From Eledone cirrhosa (Eukaryota), in assembly GCA_964016885.1 (NCBI GenBank), contig OZ024743.1, positions 377,518,001 to 377,582,000 on the forward strand: 64,000 bases of DNA. The letters run 5' to 3'. The position numbers were made by a program, and so were the translations under genes. The notes below the pieces were generated by a model. That model was given only the letters and a program-made list of their open reading frames with translations, made no database searches and was not told where the DNA came from. Positions 52,701-64,000 of the stretch are shown one piece after another. How positions within the stretch are numbered: the stretch's first letter is position 1; each line of letters begins with the position of its first letter.

Positions 52701-54405
52701 TCATTTAGTAGGTATAGGCCCACCAAATCAGTGACCTGCGCCGAGTCACTAGATCCCATAGTTATGTCAAAGTTGTTATGCGTATCCTTGCGGGTCCATA
52801 ACTGATCTTCAAATGTAATTATGGTTTTACGGGCCGTAAGTATGACATCAATCTGGGGTCTAGTCAGGTCACTATTGTTCATGGCCATAATTAGTGCCTT
52901 ATTTAATAGGATAGGGGAAATAGAGGTGTAGTATGAATTGATATCAAACTGTATAAATTTTTTATTTTTGTTCTCTTCAATATCCTTAAACCATTCAATA
53001 ACTTCACCTGTATTTCCCCACTGGTTAAGGTATATTTTGTGCTTAATCTGCGGGATGATTTTATCTAAAATTTTCTTACTGATAATGCCAACGTCAGATT
53101 TGGAAGGACAGATTAGTCTTATCGAAGGGTTACTAATGAAATCTTTCTTATGGTCCTTCAGAGAGAATCTTGTGTGTGGGGGGGGGGTATGGTTGTGTAT
53201 GCCTCTGAAGTCCCAATTTAGACACTATATTACGACCTTCCAAATTAATATCTTCTAGGTTATTAATAGTAGTTTTCTTATAGCTCCTGTGTAGTTCTTT
53301 ATATATGAATTTTCTATATGTATCATAATCTAGGCTATATATGTTATTAGTTTTATCTGCATGTACAATAATTTTACTACTTGTATTTAATCCTTTAATA
53401 GAGGTGTTAAGTTTGTTTAAGAAGGTGTTGTTTCTATTACGATGCTTTTTGTATTTAATGTTCTTAACTAGTTTTATTAGGTCATTTTCAAAAGAGTTTA
53501 ATAATGTGTTGTGAGGAGGACTTCTGAAAGTTTTAAAGCTGAAGGAGTCAAATTTGTTAGTATCATCAATTTTGTTAGATCTGTTTTTATCATAATGGAA
53601 TGTCCTCCATCTCACTCTATTGATAAAGGAGTTGACACTATTGATCAATAATTTTTCGTATGTATCTTTAGAAGGTATTGGTATGTTCTTAGTAGACATA
53701 GGAAGGTAGTCTTTGATCAGCATACTGGTAATTTAATGTATGTTAGCTCAACAGTATGGAGCAGTTAATAATATTAAAGATACTATTTATAGTTATGTAT
53801 ATATTATACTATAAACAACTATAAACAGGGAAGGTCAGTCATTTATTACTACCTTATTACCAGTAAGATAAATAGCTCAATGTAAGAACATCAGTTGTTT
53901 TACAGAGCAGTAATATTGAATTCACAAGAATCAAAGTTATGTTTCAAACATTTATTCGCTGACAATTGTTTCTTCCAAACCTAGGCTTGGAGTCTTTGGA
54001 GCATTTTTAATGTTTGTACATATAATTGACCTCCTACTCAACCGAAGAATCATACAGATACATATATATTTGATGTTATGTACAACAGTTTCATGTTTAC
54101 AGTGTGGAATGGATGCAACATATATTATATTATACTATAATTGTACAATAATTCAAATTAAGATTAAAATCAATATTAAATTTAAAAACAAGATTAAAAG
54201 CATAGGTTGGAATACATGCGACAGATAATACAGATAATACAAGAGAATAGTATAATAATTAAATTAAAGAGATACTATATGCGTTAGTCATATATAAAGG
54301 GATGGAACAAGCAGATGTATCATGTATATATGAGTACTGTATGGCAAGGTATTATATGAAATACAAGCACTTTAAGCGTATTATGGTGGTTGCAATGCGA
54401 GGATA
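49771..54405 (-). mobile_element. Near full-length Penelope-like element with ~490-bp direct terminal repeats (pLTRs)
   Basis: 49771-50260 matches 53917-54405. RT-GIY-YIG ORF lies between them. (TA)n flanks. Confidence 0.92.
51272..53723 (-). CDS. PLE RT-GIY-YIG polyprotein (~815 aa), split by one frameshift in a C10 run near 53178-53187
   Basis: ADKTNNIY | SLKDHK..RLICPSKS, QFDINSYY.SI, TMGSSDSAQV.DLVG, GLYRDD, NFLD, SNHP, CNC..CPL..CL..IIY..YIGST..FKTR. Confidence 0.85.
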
Positions 54406-54499
54406 TATATATATACATGCGAGGATATATATATATACATATATATATATACATATTTATATATACATATATATATATAGGAGAAGTACCTATATATAT

Positions 54500-55805
54500 A
54501 TACAGGAAAAGTACCTAGTTAAAAGTAAACCCCTATACTTAGCTTTTGTCGACTTGGAGAAAGCCTTCGACAGAGTCCTCCGTTCCATTATCTGGTGGGC
54601 TCTTAGAAAACTAGGTGTTGACGAATGGCTTGTGAGAGCTATACAAGCCATGTATAAAGAAACAGTGAGCAAGGTTAGAATTAACAACGAATATAGTGAA
54701 GAGTTTAGCGTAAAAGTTGGTGTTCATCAGGGCTCTGTTCTTAGCCCCCTACTATTTATTATTGCCCTTCAGGCTATAACAGAGGAGTTCAAGACCGGCT
54801 GCCCATGGGAACTCCTATACGCAGATGATCTAATGCTCATAGCTGAATCAATGGCCGAGCTAGAGAAGAAATTCCAAACATGGAAGCACGGCCTAGAATC
54901 AAAAGGCCTTAAAATTAACCTGGCTAAGACTAAATTTCTAGTTTGTAGGAAAGAAAATAAGGCGCCGGTCCCTTCCGAGAAGTGGCCATGCTCAGTGTGT
55001 AGGAAAGGAGTAGGCAGAAACTCCATTTTATGTCCCAAATGCAAAGTATGGGTGCATAAAAGATGTAGTGGGATCACAGGTAAGCTAACTAAGAATATAG
55101 ATTTTATATGTGGCCGGTGTTCAGGTGCAATAAGTAGCAGCAAGTGCCCACAGAATACTAGCTCATTCCATTGCACAGACGGTTCTATAGAAATAGTGGA
55201 CACCTTCCGTTACCTGGGTGACAAAATCAGCAGTGGTGGAGGGTGTTCTGAAAGTACAGTAGCTAGAGTCAGAACGGGATGGAAAAAGTTCAGAGAGCTT
55301 ATACCACTATTAGCCGCTAAAAGGTTCTCCCTAAAAATGAAAGGCAGGTTGTATGATGCCTGCATACGAACAGCAATGTTGCATGGCAGTGAGACCTGGG
55401 CATTGTGTGCAGAGGATATACGCAGACTAGAGAGGAACGAAGCTTGCATGCTCCGCTGGATGTGTAATAGTAATATACGTGAACGGCAAAGCATAAACGA
55501 ACTAAGGAAAAAATTAGAAATAAGAGGGATCAGATGTTGTTTACTCGAGAGAAGGCTACGTTGGTATGGTCATGTGATGCGCATGAAAGACAACAGCTGT
55601 ATAACAAAGTGCAGGGCAATAAAGATAGACGGTAGCCACGGAGTAGGCAGACCCAGAAAAACCTGGGACGAGCTGAAAAATTCCGACCTCACACACTTAC
55701 ACCTCTCCAAGACAATGTCACTGGACCGAGATCTTTGGCGGTACTCAGTAATAGAGAAGACCCGTCTTACCTAAATACATAGTAAAACCTACTACAGCCA
55801 GTAGT
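54500..55805 (+). mobile_element. 5'-truncated RTE LINE (subfamily B), 3' UTR truncated
   Basis: ORF QEKYLVK...EKTRLT*. Confidence 0.93.
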
Positions 55806-55816
55806 ATATATATATA

Positions 55817-57444
<1,628 letters not shown>

Positions 57445-57517
57445 ATATATATATGTATATATATATGTATATGTATATATATATGTATATATATATATGT
57501 ATATGTATATATATATG

Positions 57518-57586
<69 letters not shown>

Positions 57587-57751
57587 GTTATTCCGGGTTG
57601 AATCGGAGGTAACCACAGTAAGTAAGGTACTCAATACATAGCAGAGTATAACAGTTTTAATATAGATGAGATTCTACAGGACTAGAACTGTTTCATTCAT
57701 TAGAAATCGGATTTCTAATGAATGAAACAGTTCTAGTCCTGTAGAATCTCA

Positions 57752-57793
<42 letters not shown>

Positions 57794-58064
57794 GGGAACA
57801 TGCCAGCCAGATAGATTATATCCTTACTAGAAGACATGACAGAGTCTCTGTTGTAAACACTAAATCCCTCCCCCGTGAAGAATGCACCTCCCAACATAGC
57901 CTCATAGTTAGTGACCTCATAGTCAGGACTAGGCGTACTCGACGACAGAGGAGGACTACTCTGAAGAGAAGAATATGGAAGTTGAAGGACCCCACAGCCA
58001 GTAACAAATTTAAAAACATATTACTTGATGCTTTTGACAGTAAGGAAGAGCAATTAGAGACGTA

Positions 58065-59830
58065 CATCATCATCATCATCATCATCATCAGGTTTAGCGT
58101 CCGTGTTCCACGCTTGCATGGGTTTGGACGGGGGTTTTCCCACTTGAGGCAAGAGTGGTTGTCTTGCTCGCATAGGACTGTCTGGCGGGTTTTCTACAGT
58201 TGGATGCCCTTCCTAACACCAACCACATTTACAGTGTGGGGCTGGGAGGTCTTTACCGTGTTGCCTACACGGCCACATTTACAGCGTGGACTGTGTGTTT
58301 TTTGTCGTGACACCTACACGATCTCATTTGTTTCGGCCTGGATGTTGTGGGACCAACATAACTTTACATTGAAAGGGGCGGTGTGGGTGGGGTGGAGGTG
58401 GTGGGACGGGGGTGTGTTTTGATAGAGATGCCTACTGACTGTAGTAGGTTTTTACTTTGTATTTAGGTAAGGCGGGTCTTCTCTATTACTGAGTACCGCC
58501 AAAGGTCTCGGTCCAGTGACATTGTCTTGGAGAGGTGTAAGCGTGTGAGGTCGGAATTTATCAGCTCGTCCCATGTTTTTCTGGGTCTGCCTACTCCGTG
58601 GCTACCGTCTATCTTTATTGCTCTGCACTTTGTTATACAGCTGTCGTCTTTCATGCGCATCACGTGACCGTACCAACGTAGCCTTCTCTCGAGTAAACAA
58701 CATCTGATCCCTCTTATTTCTAATTTTTTCCTTAGTTCGTTTATGCTTTGCCGTTCACGTATTTTACTATTGCACATCCATCGGAGCATGCAAGCTTCGT
58801 TCCTCTCTAGTCTGCGTATATCCTCTGCACACAATGCCCAGGTCTCACTGCCATGCAGCATTGCTGTTCGTATGCAGGCATCGTATAACCTGCCTTTCAT
58901 TTTTAGGGAGAACCCTCTAGCGGCTAATAGTGGTATAAGCTCTCTGAACTTTTTCCATCCAGTTCTGACTCTAGCTACTGTACTTTCAGAGCACCCTCCC
59001 CCACTGCTGATTTTGTCACCCAGATAACGGAAGCTGTCCACTATTTCTATAGAACCCTCTGCGCAGTTGAAGGAGCTAGTATTTTATGGGCGCTTGCTGC
59101 TACTTATTGCACCAGAGCACCGGCCACATGTAAAATCTATGTTCTTAGTTAGCTTACCTGTGATCCCACTACATCTTTTATGCACCCATACTTTGCATTT
59201 GGGACATAAAATGGAGTTTCTACCTACGCCTTTCCTACACACTGAGCATGGCCATTTGCCCGATGGGACCGCCGCCTTATTTTCTTTCCTACAAACTAGA
59301 ACTTTAGTCTTAGCCAGGTTAATTTTAAGGCCTTTTGATTCTAGGCCGTGCTTCCACGTTTGGAATTTCTTCTCTAGTTCGGTCATTGATTCAGCTATGA
59401 GCGTTAGATCATCTGCGTATAGGGGTTCCCATGGGCAGCCGGTCTTGAACTCCTCTGTTATAGCCTGAAGGGCAATAATAAATAGTAGGGGGCTAAGAAC
59501 AGAGCCCTGATGGACACCAACTTTTACGCTAAACTCTTCACTATATTCGTTGTTAATTCTAACCTTACTGACTGTTTCTTTATACATGGCTTGTATAGCT
59601 CTCACAAGCCATTCGTCAACACCTAGTTTTCTAAGAGACCACCAGATAATGGAACGGGGGACTCTGTCGAAGGCTTTCTCCAAGTCGACGAAAGCTAAGT
59701 ATAGGGGTTTACTTTTAGCTAGGTACTTCTCCTGTAGTTGTCGTACAATGAAAAGAGCGTCTGTGGTACTTTTGCCTGACACAAACCCGAACTGCATTTC
59801 ATCTAGATCAATTCTCTCTCTGATTAGTTG
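58065..59830 (-). mobile_element. 5'-truncated RTE LINE (subfamily B), nested antisense in another RTE
   Basis: QLIRERIDLDEMQFGF...EKTRLT*, then 3' UTR and (GAT)n tail at 58065-58090. Confidence 0.92.
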
Positions 59831-61140
59831 CAATATAGAGGAACAGTGGAAATTCCTGAAAGTTAACCTGCTGAAGGCGACAGATGAAATCTGTGGCTGG
59901 AGCAGACCTATAGACAGGAGGAGAGTAACTTGGTGGTGGAGCAGTAAGGTGGAGGATACAATCAAGACCAAAAAGCAGGCTTGGAAAGTATGGTGAGATG
60001 GGGGAAGAAGAGAACACTATCAAGTGGCCAGGAGAAAAGCTAGGAGACAAGTGTACTTTGCAAGAAGGGAAGCAGAGGATAGAAAGTTCAAGCATGTTCT
60101 ACAGCGCAAGGACCCAAAAAATGAGATGTTCAGGATTGCAAGACAATGTGTCAAGGAAAACCGTGATATTGTCGGGGAGAAGTGTGTCCGTAATGAGGAT
60201 GGTGTACTTGCCATCACTGACGCTGATAAGAAGGTAGCTTGGAAGTGTCACTACAAGAGACTACTAAAGGAGGAGAATAAATAGGAGAAAAATAGTCTGC
60301 CTCAAATTGATCCAATAGAAGGACCAGCGGTGCAAGTTAAAGGTAGTATAATAAGTAAGGCCATCAAAGATATGAAGACAGGTAAGGCAACTGGGCCTTT
60401 GGAGATAGTTGCTGAGATGTTGAAAGCATCTGGAATGGTAGGACATACTATGGTCACCCGGATAGTAAACCAAGTAATACAGAATGGAGTTATACCAAAT
60501 GACTGACATAGCAGCAGCATCATTAACTGCTACAAGGGTAAAGGAGATGCTCTAGATAGGGGAAACTATAGAGGTATTAAGTTAGTTGACTAGGTCATGA
60601 AGGTCACAGAAAGAGTTACAGCACAACTAATCAGAGCTCGAATTGATCTAGAACAAAGGTTCTCAACAGGGGGCATATGCACCCCCGGGGGCGTTTCAGA
60701 GCACCATGGGGGAGTTTGGGAGCAAGGTTGCGTTAAGGGGGCGTTTGGAATTGGGGGGCTGGAAGGCTCTTTACTTTGGTAAGTCTTATAAGCCATATTT
60801 GTATGTCTTTGAGACAGCCAGTGTGAATGCATTTGAATGAGCATGCAGACAGCATAACTATGGTCTGACTGCAGCTGTGAGCAGGTGTGCAGGCGTGTCA
60901 AGGCATTAACCGGCAATTGAGATCCTAAAAATGGAAACACCCACAGTCAACTGGGTCAAGGACACTTTGAGCGCAGCCAGTTAGAATCTTATCTTTCCTT
61001 CACTGATAACAATGTATTTCATGTCTGAAATTATTACTCAACCGTAATGACTTAACACTATGTAGATCTATTTTATTCCCTATTGTATAAATAATATTAC
61101 AAATAAAAAAAAGAAAAGAAAAGACACAGTAGTGGGTAGC

Positions 61141-61330
61141 ATACACATCTAGGACCACATACAACACATAAGCAGGTAATATAAACATCTAGGACCACAT
61201 ACAACACATAATCAGGTAATACAAACATCTAGGACCACATACAACACACAAGCAGGTAATACATACAGCTGGGACCACATGCAATACATAAGCAGGTAAT
61301 ACATACATCTAGGACCACATACAACATACA
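61141..61330. repeat. 40-bp minisatellite (~4.7 copies) inside the hAT element
   Basis: ACATCTAGGACCACATACAACACATAAGCAGGTAAT recurs every 40 bp. Confidence 0.9.
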
Positions 61331-62394
61331 TTTTATCATGTGCTATGGACAGCGCAAGAGCAATGGTCAGCCAACATAAGGGTTTCGTCACTCTTCTGAA
61401 GAGAGAAAATCTATCTGTATTTGCTGTTCATTGTGTCATTCATCGACAACACTTGGCTGCGAAGAAACTCAGCAAGCTGCTGAGCAAGTCCTTGCAGGTG
61501 GCCATTGATGTCATCAATTTTATCAAACAGCATTCCCTCAATGAACGAATTTTCCGGCAACTGTGCCAAGATAATGATGAAGAATTCGTCAAGTTGTTCC
61601 TTCATACTGAAGTGAGGTGGCTTTCAAAGGGCAAGTGCTTTACTCACTTCTTTGAACTCTTCGACTCTATCATTGAGTTTCTGCGAGGACGCAACACAGA
61701 ACTGTACAAGAAAACCCTTGATCAGAGGCAAGACTGCGCCTACCTCACCAACATCATCGACAAATGCAATAGCGTCATTTTGGCTTTGCAGGGGAAGAAG
61801 ATCACCTTGCTTAAAGCAAGAAATGCTGTGAAAACATTCCTGGCCAAATTGAATGTCATCGAAAGGAATCTTTGTTGACGGGAATTCTATAATTTTCCTA
61901 GTGTCGCCAATGTTCAAAACATTGTAAGCGATGACCAACTCCAAATTTATACCACTCACCTCTGTGCACTACAAGACAACATGAGAGAACGGTTTGTCGA
62001 CTTTTTGCCGATGGACATCCCAATGTGGATCGCAGATCCCTTCATAGCTAACATCGACAATTTGGACGTTAAATTTCTGGAAGAATTCATTGAACTTCAA
62101 GCAGATGACATGATCAAAATTAGATTTCCCAAAATAGGTGAATGCCTTTTTGGGATACAAGAGGAAATTCAGCGTTGATTTCCACACCTACATGCAGAGG
62201 CTAAGAGATTTGCTCTGCCTTTTCCAAGCTCATACTTAGTCAAGAGGAGGTTTGGTGCTGTTTCCAGACTGCACAGTAAGTCTCGCAACCGCTACAGTGT
62301 AATTACACGTGGAGATCTCTGGCTACATCTTAGGAAAATTCAGCCTCACGTCAAAGAGTTAGCTAGACTCCATGAAGCTCAAGGGTCCCATTGA
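61330..62394 (+). pseudogene. Buster/Charlie-like hAT transposase C-terminal remnant
   Basis: VHCVIHRQHLA (CxxH), LHTEVRWLSKG, LPFPSSYLVKRRF, RGDL.L..IQP. Contains internal stops and lacks the N-terminus. Confidence 0.88.
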
Positions 62395-64000
62395 AATGAG
62401 GTCAAAATTAAAATAAGTTGATTTATCCGAAAACTTGGATATGCTATTGTTACAAAGCAAACTAACAATTTTTTTATTTGTAGTTGCAGTCTGACTGGAC
62501 TGGAAACCATCTACTACAATTCACTTACTCATTTATTGTATATATTTTACCATTTACTAATAAATATACCGTCCCGCGTGGTCATGAAAACCCTCTTCCG
62601 TGGTCTCTAAGCTCACAAAGCAGAGGGGACATCAAGTTAGATATCAACATTTATTCTGTCCGTTTCATTAAAGGGAAAATTGGCAAGCTTTGAAATGATA
62701 TAATTGCCACTTTCTTCCAGATAAGAGCACTCTTTGGATAGACAGAGTTGCTCTTGTATAAATGTTCAAAATAGCTGGTATCGCCTGGTGGGAATATAAC
62801 AAATTCAACTGGTCCTTATTCATAAAAAAAAACATTTAATGTTCCTTTTTTTGAAATTTATATATTTCCTTTCAAGGAATGTATTTATACTCTCAGCTGC
62901 CTGCAATGGTATCTTTGGAATATTGTTAATCAATTTTTTAGTAATCTACTGATATCAAAATCAGTAGTATATTGAAAAATAGAAAAATAGGGTAGGGGCG
63001 TTTCGTGATTTCAAGGGACAAAAGGGGGCGTTTGGCCTAAATGGGTTGAGAACCTGTGATCTAGATGAAATGCAGTTTGGGTTTGTGTCAGGTAAAAGTA
63101 CCACAGACGCTCTTTTCCTTGTACGACAACTACAGGAGAAGTACCTAGCTAAAAGTAAACCCCTCTACTTAGCTTTTGTTGACTTGGAGAAAGCCTTTGA
63201 CCCCGCTCCATTATCTGGTGGGCTCTTAGAAAACTAGGTGTAGATGAATGGTTTGTGAGAGCTATACAAGCCATGTATAAAGAAACAGTCAGCAAGGTTA
63301 GAAGAAATTCCAAACATGGAAGCATGGCCTAGAATCAAAAGGCCTTAAAGTTAAATTGTCTAAGACTAAAGTTCTAGTATGTAGAAAGGAAAATAGGGCA
63401 CAGGTGCCCTCTGGGAATTGGCCAAGCTCAGTGTGTAGGAAAGGAGTAGGTAGAAATTCCATTTTATATCCCAAATGCAAACTATGGGTACATAAAAGAT
63501 GTAGTGGAATCACAGGTAAGCTTTCTAAGAACATAGATTTTATATGTGGCCAATACTCAGGTGCAATAAGTAGCAAGCGCCCACAGGATACTAGCTCCTT
63601 CTATTGCCCAGATGGCTCTATAGTAATAGGGGACACTTTCCATTACCTGGGTGACAAAATCAGCAGTGGTGGAGGGTGCTCTGAAAGTACAGTAGCCAGA
63701 ATCAGAACGGGATGGAAAAAGTTCAGAGAGCTCATACCGCTGTTGGCCACAAAAGGATTCTCTCTAAAAATGAAAGGCAGATTGTATGAGGCCTGTATAT
63801 GAACAGCAATGTTACATGGCAGTGAAACATGGGCATTGTGTGCAGAGGACCTGCGCAGACTGGAAAGGAACGAAGCATGTATGCTCCGTTGGATGTGTAA
63901 TAGTAATATACATGAATGGCAAAACATAAATGAACTAAGTGAGAAATTAGGAATAAGAGGGATCAGATGCTGTTTACTTGAGAGAAGACTACGTTGGTAT

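Larger units (their letters stand above)
60654..63058 (+). mobile_element. hAT (Buster/Charlie-type) DNA transposon, defective
   Basis: TIRs CAAAGGTTCTCAAC / GTTGAGAACCTGTG. 8-bp TSD ATCTAGAA / ATCTAGAT with central TA. Transposase remnant inside. Confidence 0.92.
57791..64000 (+). mobile_element. Older RTE LINE (segments 57791-58064, 59831-60653, 63067-64000), interrupted by two insertions
   Basis: SQIDYIL..QHSL (APE C-terminus), then ETY|NIEEQWK, then RID|LDEMQFGF. The segments join colinearly; several stops are present. Confidence 0.9.

Overview
Repeat-dense, AT-rich eukaryotic (metazoan) genomic DNA. The SINE, RTE and Penelope content and the abundant (TA)n tracts suggest a cephalopod such as octopus; this is inference. 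Only one host gene is well supported: a complete 5-exon SPCS3 (signal peptidase complex subunit 3, minus strand, 33551->26108, 179 aa) whose second intron is a U12-type AT-AC intron. The rest is layered transposons: a full-length Gypsy LTR element with a -1 slippery site and predicted pseudoknot; many RTE LINE copies carrying a PHD-type finger inside the RT; a partner tRNA-SINE; a Buster/Charlie hAT nested in an RTE; a deleted Helitron; MITEs; and several Penelope-like elements (PLEs), one near full length. The most striking unexplained pattern is about 20 hammerhead-ribozyme motifs from several sequence families. Many sit as mirror-image pairs in 80-420 bp foldback mini-elements made of PLE 3' ends, often inserted in (TA)n. 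One motif has a non-canonical CCAAAGA core. All RNA structures were paired by eye, not computed.
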